This document shows positions 24,990-38,450 of a DNA stretch of 64,000 bases, piece after piece (position 1 is the first letter of the stretch; every line of letters starts with the position of its first letter). Under the pieces are notes generated by a model. The model ran no database searches. It was not told where the DNA came from and worked only from the letters and a program-made list of their open reading frames with translations. This stretch comes from the human T2T-CHM13v2.0 reference genome, Homo sapiens. A program made the translations under genes and the position numbers. The stretch lies in NCBI RefSeq assembly GCF_009914755.1, contig NC_060928.1; one strand, 5' to 3'.

Positions 24990-25312
24990 TGTGTAAACTA
25001 TTCCTCTACCTGCTCACTGCCTCTCCCCCTTCACCTGGTTAACTCCTATTCATGCTTTGGATCTCATTTCAAATGTCATTTCTCCAAGAAAGCCTTCTTG
25101 GACATCTCTTTTACCTGGCCCTGTATTTTTTCCTTGCTTATAATTAGTAATTATAACTTGTTTGAAAAATGCAATCTCCCCCTCAAGAATACAGGCTCCA
25201 TGAGGGCAAAACTGCTCCTGTTTTGTGGACATTACATACAGTAAACCACCCAGCGCCTACAGCAGTGTCTGCCACATGGATTCTAGAAATATTGATGGAA
25301 GGAGTCAATGAA
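24990..25312 (+). mobile_element. L2 3' region (a minus-strand L2 piece follows at about 25320-25460)
   Basis: CACCTGGTTAACTCCTATTCAT..TCAAATGTCA..AAGCCTTC...GCTCCATGAGGGCA...CCCAGCGCCTACAGCAGTGTCTGCCACAT. Confidence 0.7.
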
Positions 25313-25733
25313 GTGCTGCATTACACCTATTGACCGGTGTTCACCAAATGCTTCACGGCAAGCCCTGTGTTGTGTTCTTGGCAATGTAGGGGATATAAAA
25401 GAAGTAGAAGCATGGATCATGTTCCCAAAGAGCTTACAACTGGTTGGGGAAAGACAGTTCTTCAGAACAGCAATCTTGTGATTTTTAAAAGTGCATTGAT
25501 GTGTTAAGTACATTGCTTCAAAACTATTATTAATAGAATAATATTAACGTTTTGCCATAGAAGTGTAATAAGAGCAAAATTTACATCATATGTGTAGACA
25601 CATTTCTATGGCTTACGGCTACATTTATTTTGTCATATTCTACTACCTTCTTTCTAGTTCTTATGAACATAACTATACGATCTTCTTCCTCTCTTGTTCT
25701 ATCACCATCACTTCTTTGCATTTATTCTGGTCT

Positions 25734-26155
25734 TGTCTTAGTCCATTTGCGTTGTGTTAAAGGAATACTTGAGGTTGGATAATTTATAAAGAAAATAGTT
25801 TATTTGGCTCATGTATCTGCAGGTTGTTTGAGAAGCATGGCATCATCATCTGCTTCTGGTGAGGGCCTCAGGAATCTTCCATTCATGGTGTAGGGTGAAG
25901 GGGAGCATCACATAGTGAGAAAGGAAGGAAGACAGAGAGGGGAGGGAGGTGCTGCATTCTTTTCAACAATCAGTTCTTGTGAGAACCAATAGAGTGAGAG
26001 CTCACTCATTCCTGGGAAGACAGCACCAAGCCATTCATGAAGGATTCACTCCCATGACCCAAACACCTCTCACCAGGCCCACCTCCAACACTGGGGACTA
26101 AATTTCAATGTGGGACTTGAGGGGGCGGCAAACAAACCCTATCCAAACCACAGAA
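25734..26155 (-). mobile_element. MSTB-type solo LTR
   Basis: TGTCTTAGTCCATTTGCGTTG...GAAGCATGGCATCATCATCTGCTTCTGGTGAGGGCCTCAGG...ATCCAAACCACAGAA; perfect TSD GGTCT at 25729-25733 and 26156-26160. Confidence 0.92.
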
Positions 26156-26257
26156 GGTCTCATTGTGCACTGCTGTGACTGGTGATTTGAAAAGTTGTTT
26201 GACAATATATACCATGATAAATCCAGACAGTTTAGAAAGACAACTATTTATAGGTAG

Positions 26258-26945
26258 AGGTCTCATTCTTATGTGGGATATAAAATAGTTGATCTAATAG
26301 AAGTAGAGAGTAGAACAGCAGTTACCAGAAGATGGGGAGAGGTTGGTCAATGGGTGAAAGTTACGCTTAGATAGGAGGAATAAGTTCTGGTATTCCATTG
26401 CACAGTAGGGTGACTATAGGCAACAATAATATATTGTGTACTTCAAAATAGCTAGAAGAGGTTGGGCGAGGTGGCTCATGCCTGTAATCCCAGAACTTTA
26501 GGAGGCTGAGTCGGGCAGATCACCTGAGGTCAGGAGTTCAAGACCAGCCTGGTCAACTTGGCGAAACCCTGTCTCTACTAAAAATACAAAAATTAGTCCA
26601 GCATAGTGGTGGGTGCCTGTAATCCCAGCTACTCAGGAGGCTGAAGCAGGAGAATTGGTTGAACCTGGGAGGCGGAGGTTGCAGTGAACTGAGATCACAT
26701 GACTGCACTCCAGCCTGGGCAATAGAGCGAGACTCCATCTCAACAACAACAACAACAACAACAACAACAAATAGCTAGAAGAAAGAATTTTGAATATTCT
26801 CATCACAAACAAATGGCACATGTTTGAAGTGATGGATATGCCAGTTCCCCTAATTTGATCATTATACAATATATATGTGTATCAAAACATCATACTGCAC
26901 TCCATAAAGAGTTATTATTTCAATGAAATAGAAAATAAAACTTAT
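26258..26945 (+). mobile_element. L1MA 3' end interrupted by an Alu
   Basis: GAAGTAGAGAGTAGAA..GTTACCAGA...TAGATAGGAGGAATAAGTTCTGG...CAGTAGGGTGACTATAG...AAAATAGCTAGAAGA...GTGATGGATATG. Confidence 0.85.
26460..26768 (+). mobile_element. AluSx-like with a (CAA)n tail
   Basis: Full dimer; tail converted to about (CAA)10; TSD AAATAGCTAGAAGA at 26446-26459 and 26769-26782. Confidence 0.95.
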
Positions 26946-27220
26946 AAAATGCAGAAGGAAATAAATTAGAAATTTGTTAAAACCTTGAAAAAGAGATCGA
27001 CTTTCTATGGTTTAAAATGAGAGAAGAAATGATAAGAAACAAACCTATGGATTTTAGTTGTGAAAATCTTTAGTTCCTTTATCAGCAAAGTGTTAAGTAT
27101 AGCTGGCACAGAGTAAATATACCAAAATGTTATTTATTATTATTGTTTTATTATTGTGTTGTAACACTAGACAAACTTTTTAAAAACAGAAAATACAGCA
27201 AAGTATACAGTTAATAGTTT

Positions 27221-27907
27221 TTTCTTAATTTTAAAATATTAATGACAATAAAGATTGTATATATTCAAGGTGCTTAATGTGATAATTTGATATATGCATA
27301 CACTGTGTAATGATTATCAAAATCAAATTAATATACATGTCCATACCACCCATGCTGTACATCAGATTCCTGAACTTTATCTTATAACTATGTTAGTGTC
27401 CTTTGACCAAAATCTCCCCATTTCCCCCAACCCTAAGCTCCTGGCAACCCATCGTTCCACTCTATGTTTCTGTAAGTTTGACTTTTTTAGGTTTCACATA
27501 TAGGTGAGATCATACAGTATTCATTCTTCTGTGTCTGGCTTATTTCGCTTAGCATAATGTCCTACAGGTTCGTCTATGTAGTCACAAATGGCAGGATTTC
27601 CTGCTTTTTCATGACTGACTAATATTCATTGTATGCGTGTGTGTATGTGTGTATATATATATACGTATAATATGTACATCTGGCATTTTCTTGATCTAGT
27701 CATCTGTACATGGACAAGTAGACTGTTTCCTTACCTCGGCTATTGTAAACAATGCTGCAGTAAACATGGAGGTGTCAATATCTCTTTGAGCTACTGATTC
27801 CATTTCCTTTGGGTATATATCCAGAAGTGGGATTGCTAGAGTATATAGTAGTGCTACTTTTAAGTTTTTGAGGAATCTCCATACTGTTTTCCATTCTGCT
27901 GTATGAT
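27221..27907 (-). mobile_element. 5'-truncated L1MA (about L1MA9) 3' end
   Basis: ATTGTATATATTCAAGGTG...CCTTTGACCAA..TCTCCCCATTTCCCC...GTGAGATCATACAGTATT...CCAGAAGTGGGATTGCT; TSD GT(T/C)AATAGTTT at 27210-27220 and 27908-27918. Confidence 0.88.
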
Positions 27908-28129
27908 GTCAATAGTTTAAGAGTTCATGCTCTTCATAATTAGACAAAAGTCCCTATATACCTAATGTTCAAAAGAATAAATCCTAGAAAATATACATAT
28001 AGAAAAAATATTCCATCTCCTTAGGTTCGTATATTAAGTTTAGTGAATAGGATCACACAAGTAATAAAACCATGTAAGTTGGAAAGGGATTTGATAGTAT
28101 ACATGAACAATAAACCATGCTAAGAAATC

Positions 28130-28920
28130 ATCACCTAAAACATTGAAAACCCATGTGCTCAGAGAATTTCACCACAGCATTGTTTTTCATATTGGTGAAA
28201 AACCAGCATCCACTTACAATTTAACAACAGAGAAACAGTTAAAGTATTTTTTATTTATGTGCCCAATATCACAAAACTATGAAAAAGGTCAGGTACAGAA
28301 TTTTAAGCAACAGTATATACAGATGAGATTAGCTTTGGAGGCAATGTGGCAGTATTTATCATAATTTCAAGTATCCCCTGACCCACTACTTTCACTTCCG
28401 GGTATCTGTTTAATATAGCATGTGCAAAAAGACACATGTACAACATACACACTGCTTGTAAGGGTGTTGATTTTAGAGCAAAAAGTAGAAATAACCTAAA
28501 TATCGGGGTGTGGTTGAAATGAGTTTTGATTTTTAGTGTGATGGAATGTTATATAGGCAATCAAAAGAATGATGTTCCAGTGTGGAAAAATGTCCAAATT
28601 ATACTGTTAAGTTTAAAAAATCAAACTGCTAAATAATATGTATGATATGACCTATTTTTATAAAAACAGGACAAGCTATATATGTGTCATTCAAACACAT
28701 GGCTATGTATAAATCCATAGAATAAATTTGAGAACAACATGCACCAAGATGCTTCCAGATCTGGCCTCTGGGAAGGTAGAAGGTTTGGGAATGAGAGATG
28801 AGAAATGATGGAAATTTTCATTTGTTACTCGTTAGGCACTTCTGAATTTGTTTAAAACAAAGACTTAAAATAATGTATTTATTTCATAACATTAAAAGAA
28901 TGTAAGAACAAAAACTTAAA
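28130..28920 (+). mobile_element. Highly diverged L1ME-type fragments
   Basis: TTTGGAGGCAATGTGGCAGTATTTATC...CCCTGACCCA...GAAATAACCTAAATA...ATACTGTTAAGT resemble old L1 3' regions. Confidence 0.5.
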
Positions 28921-31434
28921 AAAAAGCAATTATGGTTATTTTACTTCATGAGATTAAGGGCATTGTTTTTTCTTTTTGTTTTCCTTCACAACTTCTAGGA
29001 GGTTAGACTCTTTTCATCTTTAAAATTCAGAAATAAAGTTTTTATTAGGTACAACTTTTCCCCTTGGACAATGGCTTGCAACCTCAGTTTTATAACATGC
29101 AGTGGGAAGAGGATGGGAGGAGGACCTTGGTTATCCCAGCTGGGATTATAAAATTCCTCTCAACTGGAATAGTTTCAATTTACATAAGATGAAAGTTCAC
29201 ATAATTTTAAACATTCTTATCCTCTCCTTACTTTTTCTGGTTGGGGGCAGAGAGGTTGGGGTAGGGCAGTTGTCACATAACAAGCAATAGGGATTTTCAG
29301 TTCTCTAAAGGCTGGAGATCACTGCTTTAAGAACTAACCACCTAAGACAGATGACATGTGACACAGCTATAAAAAAAGACAAGTAGACAACTTTACAACT
29401 ATTGAAAAAATGAAGTATTTACATTATGCATGAATAATATATCTTTGTGCACATCTCCTGGGTGAACTTGTCAAGTTTTCTCTCTCCCGTCTGCTTTGGT
29501 GTTTATTTTCAAACCATTTCCACCCTGGAAAATCTTTCTGTATTACTTTGGACCCTCTGGAAATGGCTATGACATACACTTTTCTCCTATCCAGTGTTTG
29601 TAAGGCTTCATTTCCCCATACTTTTCACTTTCTGATTTGTTAGTTTAATTTAAGCTAGATGCTGACTGAATAAGGATGATTCCATCTACCTTAATGTTCT
29701 TTGTGTCATCCTCACCACATTCTGGCATCTAATGATTAAATAATTTACCACCACTGCAGGAAATATTTTCTGAGACCTTACATATAAACTGGTTTAAACA
29801 CCCTCCTCAGGAACACCCAAATGGTTGAAGTCACTCCTAACCATATTATTTTCAAAATAGCAGCAGCAACAACAACAAAAACAACACTGAGAAACAGTAA
29901 TGGTTGTTTCAGGTAAAGAAATTAAGGGTGATTCTCTCCTCTCTTTTCACCACTATTAACACCATGTGGTTAGACTCCTACATGTTTAGAATTCAGAGGG
30001 AAAGATCCAGAAATAAAACAATCAGCAGTTATTTGCTTTAAAAATAATAGTTGCAGACCGGATCAACCCCAGAGCCTTTCTTCATGCCTTTCTTTTGTGT
30101 TGTAGAAACTGCCTTAGATTTGTGTGCTGCGTGTGTTTTCCCATGTTACTATTTCTCACACTGTGTGGAAATTCCAGCAAGGGTATTAATAATTCAACGT
30201 AAAGGAGGAACAATATTATGGTTGAAAATTAGCCTGAGAAAGGTGAATGTAACCTTTTTATACAAGAAAAATAATGGGTGAGAAGGAGCCAAATTAGCTG
30301 AACAAAGAGCTGCATAATGACGTGATACACAAATAGGAATGTCATATAAATTGGAAACTAGAGCGTGCGCTGAAGAAAAATGTGGAGACAATCACTTTTA
30401 AGTGTAAAATCAGAAGAGTTAAGGCAAGAAACAAGATGCTACCAGCAAGATATTAAAAAGCAATAATATTTCAGAGGCTTAATCTCTCCACGTCTCTTTT
30501 AAGCTCAGGTACATAGCAGGCTCCCAAAGGTGTCTGAGCCTAAGTAGGGTGTTCAGGATTGTTTTTCCTTGCCACCATGGTTGGTGTCAAAGGAAGTGGA
30601 TGGTTCACTTGGAGAACCCATGTGCTGGAGACCCAGCCTTTGTTCTGATTCTGTTTGCTGTGGCAGCGAACTTGAACATTTGCAGCAGCACTAGTACCTA
30701 AAGCCAGGAGCCTGGCACCTCTCCCTGAAGCCTGAACCAGATCCTGGGCAGTGGTGTGCCTTTCAAATCTTATCCTTGGCTCCTGGGTGAGTAAAAATCC
30801 TGTCTTTTCCTAAAGGCCGACCTTGGCATAGAGCTCACCTCCTCCCTTTCTCCCAATTTTCCCTTGGGCTGGAGTGGGGTTATAGCATAGGTGAGTTTCA
30901 TAGCTGGAATGTCAGGCTCAGCCATTGTTTTGCATTTTCCCATGGTAGACATTTCCTGTCTTACCCTCAAAAGTCCAGGTTTTATCTTTTTTCTTCTTTC
31001 TTTCTCTTTTTAAAAAATATGTCAGCAGAAAAGGATCTGATAACACTTAATGACTCTAAGGTAAAGTGCTGATAAGGTTTGAATTGTGACCCAACTTTCT
31101 GGTATGCTTGCAACTGGCTTGAAAGCAAAGTGGGCAAAGGATGTCTAACTGAGGCATTATAGCAGCTGGTGGTCTAGTGATTGCAAAACTCTTCACCCCA
31201 AATCACTGTTGTAAATAGAGATTTCCCCACTTACAAACCATAAGCCTGAAAAGTCTATATTTATTAAAATGAATTCATCAAGTGGTTTCCCCCATAATCA
31301 TCTTATGAGTTGATATAATTTGAATCAAAAGCAAAGAAACTTAATATAGAATATGTAGTTTTATACTGGACAAAAGTATAATTTGTTTTAATAATATTGG
31401 CTCTTAATCCACAGTTTAAACATTAGCTCAAGAC

Positions 31435-32440
<1,006 letters not shown>

Positions 32441-34514
32441 GAAAAATAGTAGAAAGTATATCAGCTTAATTTGTACACCCATATAGTATTAGAGCAAGTC
32501 ACCAGATATCATTTATAAGCAACTGGAAAAACACAGAGCAATGTCTGGAAGTAAGATGTTTTAGTACAATGTTTAGCCTAAAGAAAACAAAGGGGATTTA
32601 TTTTGGACAGTCCAAAAGTGAATGCACTTAAATCATGGCTGGTTGGATTGGGTTTGTCATCAAGTAACAAAATGAACATCAGTCAAATTGGAGATTTTAG
32701 TATGTTTTGTTCTCTTCTATTAAAACAGCACTATTTTTAAATGACTTGGAGCTTGCAGTTCTGTTACAATGACTCGTCAAGTTGAAAAATGTGTTTCTTT
32801 AGGGTGGGAAAAGAATTTTAATTCATAATTCATTTATTGTAATGTTTATTAAAACAAAGACATACTCTCTTATACTCTTTTTCATGACATTATGCCTTTT
32901 GTCTCTTCTATGTATTATACTTTATATATGTGCACACATATAAATAAGAAATTACAAAATGCAGTTTATGTTAGCAGAAAGAGTTTTTTTTTTTAATATG
33001 TCCTTGTGTAGAGTGGAACATGCTCTATTTCATTATAATTTGGCTTGCCATTTTAAGGCATAGAGAGAGTATGAACACAAAGAACATATACTTTTCTGCC
33101 TCTCTATTTATGGCTCCAAACAAGAATTTCATTGAGTTCACATTTGAAAATATAACTTAAACAAAGCAGGGACCAAAGATCACAGAGATCTCTGAATTAA
33201 TTGGATTACTCAGTTTCATACAAACCCAATAAAACAACAGATCCCCTGTAGGGTAGAAGGTATAATCTATGCATTTACCTCTGTGTACTACCCTTCTTAC
33301 TAAGGTTCTATTACCCTACTGCAATCATTAAGCCTGTGTACAAACCACCAAGCTAAACAAAGAGGCTATTTTTACAGAAGGGGATGAGAGGCAAGGCAAA
33401 ACATTTTTTAAAATAAAAAATAATTTTTCCTCAAAGCCCAGAACAGTAGCAGAAGGCTTTAAGAACATAAACATAACCAATCTGTCTATTCCAGGGGATA
33501 AAGGCTATGTTTCTTAAACATAAAAGAACAAAATTTCTAAGTAGCAAGCAAGTTGGAAGCATTTGCATAATGGATTCTATTTACATAAATTACGTTGCTT
33601 ATAGCAGTCATCTGATAAGACTTGGCAAAGGTGGAGGCAGAAGTTGAAGTGGAATGAAAAGGGTGAGTGTGTAGTTCTAGGATTCCTTTTAGCCCTTTGT
33701 GGACTTTCTCCATTCTTTGAAGTCTGTGTTTATTTAGGGGTTAACGTGTGCATTTGCCCCAAACTTTATAACCATGAGTGTCAAGAAGAATTAGATTTGG
33801 TCATTGCTACACGCTCCCCCTACCCTGTTTTGTTCTCTTTTATGAAGGTAAAAATGAGTGCATCTGTCAACTACTGGAGCATGTTAACTCATGTATGTTG
33901 GGATTTGACAGCCACTGGCTGTGAATTTTCTCACCATAACAACCAAATGAAAATGTCAGAAATGAATCTTTTTGCTAAGTGCCAGATTTTCTTTCTCATA
34001 TGCACCATTTCCCTATGACCAAATACAAAGTTTTAGTGTTTTACATAGCTCCAGCCAAGAGCTTATTTCTAATGGTATAACATGATAGCTGACAATGCAC
34101 AGTCTCTACAAGAATGGGTAAGTACTAGGTATTTTAGGTAGAACTTTAAGTGTGTCTTTATTGGAATCTCAAGTTCAAGAAAGACAGTGTGGCCTCATAG
34201 ATATCTGGATACAGAGAACTTATGTGTCTAAGTGGGCTATTCTTTAAGAATTTTTGCCTTTCTACTCCAGTTCTCCAGAACCAGTGAGGCTTCATCTGAG
34301 GGAAAGAGGTGAATGTTGGAAGGAGCCAGCTGTTCACATCCTGCTTTTTCCCTACTAATTCAAGGTCTTTGATCTGATGAGAATTTGGCATAGCAGGACT
34401 TATTTACTCCTGAAGTTCTAGCTTTCTGGAATTTCATAAGCATTGACAAACTACTTCATCCACAGCGAGACTGGGTTTTGCAAATGTGTAAACCTTTGGC
34501 CGTGCTTATGGGAC

Positions 34515-35080
34515 TCATTAGGAATGTTTTTGGCTGCAGCTAACAGCTTATCCAACTAAAGGTGTCTTAAGCAAATAAGAATTTATTTTTGTACATAACA
34601 AAAAGTTTAGGATTGTACAGTTCTGGCATTTTTTGGCTCCTTAGTGGTGTCACAAGAAACTTAGGTTTTTTTTTTTTCCCTTCTTTTTCCACTCTAACAT
34701 GCTTAATGTGGTGGCTTTACTTCCCATGCTCATTGCTTCATGATTGCAAGATGGCTGTGACGGCATCATATATGGAGATTTCATTTGATGCAGAAAGAAG
34801 GGAAAGTGGGAAAAATGAGCCAGGCCAGGTTTTTTATCAGGAAAAAAAAAATTTATCCCACCTCACCCCACCCCAAATTGTCCCCGCCCTTGCTCTCAGC
34901 CACTTTTCTCTCAAGGTTTTTGGTTGTTTTGCTTAGGTTTTGTTGGCCAGAATTGTATAAAATGATCTCTCCTATCTGCAAGTGAGGCTGAAGACATGAG
35001 TATTTGGCTTTTACAGGCATCCAATGAAGGGAAGCCAAGGGAAAAATGTACCAAGTGAGTCAAGCAATAAGGTTGCCACA
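34515..35080 (-). mobile_element. Old MLT1 (K/L-like) LTR
   Basis: TTAGGAATG..TTTGGCTGCA..TAACAG...CTTCATGATTGCAAGATGGCTG...TTGGCCAGAATTG...CTGCAAG.GAGGCTG...TGCCACA. Confidence 0.7.
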
Positions 35081-36353
35081 TGACCAAGGAATTATAATGC
35101 TCAGGATAGATTAACATTATCTTGCATTCAAAGTCAGGAATTGTTCTTCTGAGTAGTTCAGGGCCAGTCTGACTTTTCCCTAATTCCTACTTGCCTCTTA
35201 GGAAGAGTGTACACTGATCCTCTGTTTCTTTCTCAGAAGGACGGCTGAAGTTCTTGAAAGATTACTTTCTTCAGGAAGCTGCAATGTGATTCTAAACACA
35301 CTTTAACAAAGAATATATGGGATGCAGTTTTTAGTAGAAAAAAGGAAATGTTGCTTTCAGTATTTAAAGTTTTGGTGTCACAATGTTGGAGTCAGTTTAG
35401 ATTTCGGAGAATTTTTGTCTGTCTGTAAACTGCCTTAAGTTATTAACTTATCAACACAACTCCCGATCGTTTCTCCTCCCTCCTGCAGAATGCATATCCA
35501 AAACCTTAGGGTATAAACTCTTGAAAACATTTATTCAGCCCCCTCATCTAAGTTTCACCCTATGGCATATTGCATCATTCCTAGTAGAATCTTCCCAACT
35601 TGTGCAACAAAGAGAAAGCAATGCATCTTGTAGTGAAAAGACAAATACTTCTCGCTCTTCCTTGGCATGAAGCAGGAGGCTGCCAAGTAAAAGTACCTGG
35701 CAGGATTCCCAGAGACAGGGCTTGGGCCACGGGTTGGGCAGAGGAGAAGTTGCTGTCTCATTATTTCATTGTCATGTGGTTGCTGGGCACACTAGCTGAC
35801 ATGAAGAATCAAAGTAAAAATTACCACTGTCAGAGAAGTGATACTAATGGCGGTGAGTCTGTTCAGTCCTTCCCTGTTTTCCAGGGACAGCCGCCTCAAT
35901 TTAGTGGACCTGTTTCCAGCTTCATTAAACCCCTAGGAAGATGACTGGAATATGCTTCCTGAATTGGTGATGCTGGGTGATTTGTTGTAATAATGGTTTC
36001 AGGGCAAGATGAATTAATCACTGTCACTTGAAGGAAGAAGAAGAAAGTGTATTCAAAAGCATCACCATATAATGCCAGCAGGGGGGAAAGAAAGACTGAA
36101 TGCCAGAAAAACAAGATACTCTTTTAGCCCTTTTAAAAGAGAAAGCATGACAAACATACACCTCAGGGAACCCTAACACAAAAATATCAGAGAAGTGAAT
36201 AATTCACTCATCATGATGTTTGTCAATAGGAAGTAAATTCTTGCACCATTAGTGTTTGTGTTTGTTAGTCTTCTCCTTGTATTTGTTAGTCTTCTCCTTG
36301 TGTTTGTTATTGCCCTCTCCTCATTTCTCTCTTTCAATCTTTCTTTTTATTAG

Positions 36354-36452
36354 GACTACTGATTGTTTGGGGACATCCGAAATCACTCAGGATTGTGGTG
36401 ACCAGTTGAACAGAGATATGCCAAAAGCAGGCAGTGATTTATATCCCTGCAG
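36354..36452 (+). other. Candidate 99-nt internal exon (host transcript unknown)
   Basis: Long pyrimidine tract CCCTCTCCTCATTTCTCTCTTTCAATCTTTCTTTTTATTAG acceptor; donor CAG|GTGAGA; length divisible by 3 with one open frame. Confidence 0.4.
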
Positions 36453-37230
36453 GTGAGATCTGGGTGCTGTCGAAAGGTTTGTTATATCCTCTGATATTCT
36501 TTCACATGACCCTACCAGCAGATGTGAGCACACATTCTTGCCTTGGTGTGTCACTCTGTACTCAAGTGTTATCATATCATACAGGGACATTAAAAGAAGA
36601 GTTTGATTATACTCTGAGCAACTTTTCTTATTGTGTATGCACATGTGTATACGCTTGTGATTCTATGTGTATAATTACCCCATTGACAGCAACAACAAAA
36701 ACCTTAAAATGTGTGAGTATATAGGATCATAAGACAAAGAGTGAAAAAAATGGAATCAGAATGAAGAGAAAAAGGAAGTAGAAAAATAAAGCCCTAGAAA
36801 ATGGTAGTATATATAATAAATGATCTGAAATATAAATTGTTCACTTGAGGTAGGCTGCAAATTTGGCTCTGAGCTTTCTAGCAGCCAAATAAAAGAGATA
36901 AACTTGATATTATTGTCAATTCTCTGTAAGGGAAACAAAACAATTGCTGAAAAGAAGCAAAAAACTCTGTCTCATTTTGAAATCTGAGATAATTTTTTCC
37001 TATTCCAAAAAGTTTCATTTCATAGGTGCTCTATGTTAAAAAATGTGCTACTGATATAGAAAGTAGGTAGTGCTACAAAAAACAAACAAACAACAAACAC
37101 ATCAATCCAGATTTATCCCTTTCTTTGAAATGTTAAATTGTTATCAATTGGATGGTTACTTAGGGCTCTGGACAGTGAAATAAACGTCACTGAAAGGAGA
37201 GCTTCCCATCAATACTTACATGTTTTCATA

Positions 37231-37333
37231 TCAGATGGGTAATGTGCTTATATTGTAACATGGTTTGAGGGAGGCACATCTCACACATGAGCATAAAAAC
37301 CCAATCATTACATTTTATACATTACAAAAGAAT
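37231..37333 (-). pseudogene. SNORD13: U13 (SNORD13) box C/D snoRNA retropseudogene (symbol refers to the parent RNA)
   Basis: Minus strand ATTCTTTTGTAATGTATAAAATGTAATGATTGGGTTTTTATGCTCATGTGTGAGATGTGCCTCCCTCAAACCATGTTACAATATAAGCACATTACCCATCTGA aligns end to end with U13; TSD TTCCCA(T/C)CAATACTT at 37203-37217 and 37335-37349. Confidence 0.9.
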
Positions 37334-38093
37334 GTTCCCACCAATACTTTCAAGAAAGATTAGATGGCATAAATACTGTCAGTATGTTTTTATTTTTAGA
37401 GAATAAGGATGATTCAGAAGCTGAGCTGAGTCATTGAAAAACATTGAAAGAGAACACATGAGAGCCGAAGAGAATCTAGCAATCTGAATGTCCTCCACTC
37501 TCTAAAAGACGTTCAGATGACCCCCAGAGAGTTGCCACTGGTTGTGCTGTGTCCACTCAGTCACCAGTCAGAACCTGCAGCCAGCAGCACCTGCTTACTA
37601 CAAGGTGGTTGACCATGGTCTGTGGACAAGAGGTTAGCTGATAACTGTTGCTATAATTGGTCCTCCTGCACTTAAGAGTTCAGGCATGTCTACAGCATTT
37701 GGCCCATAAAGGACAATGCGTAATTCTGTCACTGGGAATACCTCCCAGGATTTGAGTGAACTACCAGTGTCTATCACTCTTTGGCAATTCATACTTATTT
37801 TCTTTGTTGGAGGAATACAGCGATCTTTCCGTGTTTTCTGATGTGAAACTTTTGGCTGAATGTTTGGATCTTCTCCCATGTTTAGCATCGTCACAACTTA
37901 GTAGATCAGTTAAACATACTGCTAAATAGCAAAGACTAGAAGGTACTAAGGCCTTAAAAAAACTTGGACTTTAATTGTTTGAAATAAAGTGAGTAGGAAT
38001 GACCCATAAAATGGGCAGAGTTCAAGAGACAAGACAACAAGTCAAATGGGTAGAACCATATGCATGTGTGTATATATACATGCATGTATATAA

Positions 38094-38450
38094 TGTATTC
38101 GTCTGTTCTCACACTGCAGTGAAGAACTGCCAAGACTGGGTAATTTATAAAGAAAAGAGGTTTGATTGAATCAGTTCCGCATGGCTGGGGAGGCCTCAGG
38201 AAGCTAACAATCATGGCGGAAGGCACCTCTTCACAGGGCGGCAGGAAAGAAAATGAACGCAGAGGAAACTACCAAATCCTTATAAAACCATCAGATCTCA
38301 TGAGAAATCACTCACTATCATGAGAACAGCATGGGGGTAACCGCTGTCATGATTCAATTACCTCCACCTGGTCTCTCCCTTGACATGTGGGGATTTGGGA
38401 ATTATTATTCATGATGAGATTTTGAATGTGGACAGAGCCAAACCATAGCA
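38094..38450 (-). mobile_element. THE1D-like solo LTR
   Basis: TGTATTCGTCTGTTCTCACACTGC...GGCACCTCTTCACAGGGCGGCAGG...GCCAAACCATAGCA; TSD TATAA/TATAC. Confidence 0.9.

Noticed and set aside
33561-33590. Octamer ATTTGCAT with nearby ATTTACAT as an OCT4-SOX2 element
   Set aside because: The adjacent SOX half-site does not match, and octamers recur by chance in AT-rich DNA (also near 19109, 19222 and 47463)
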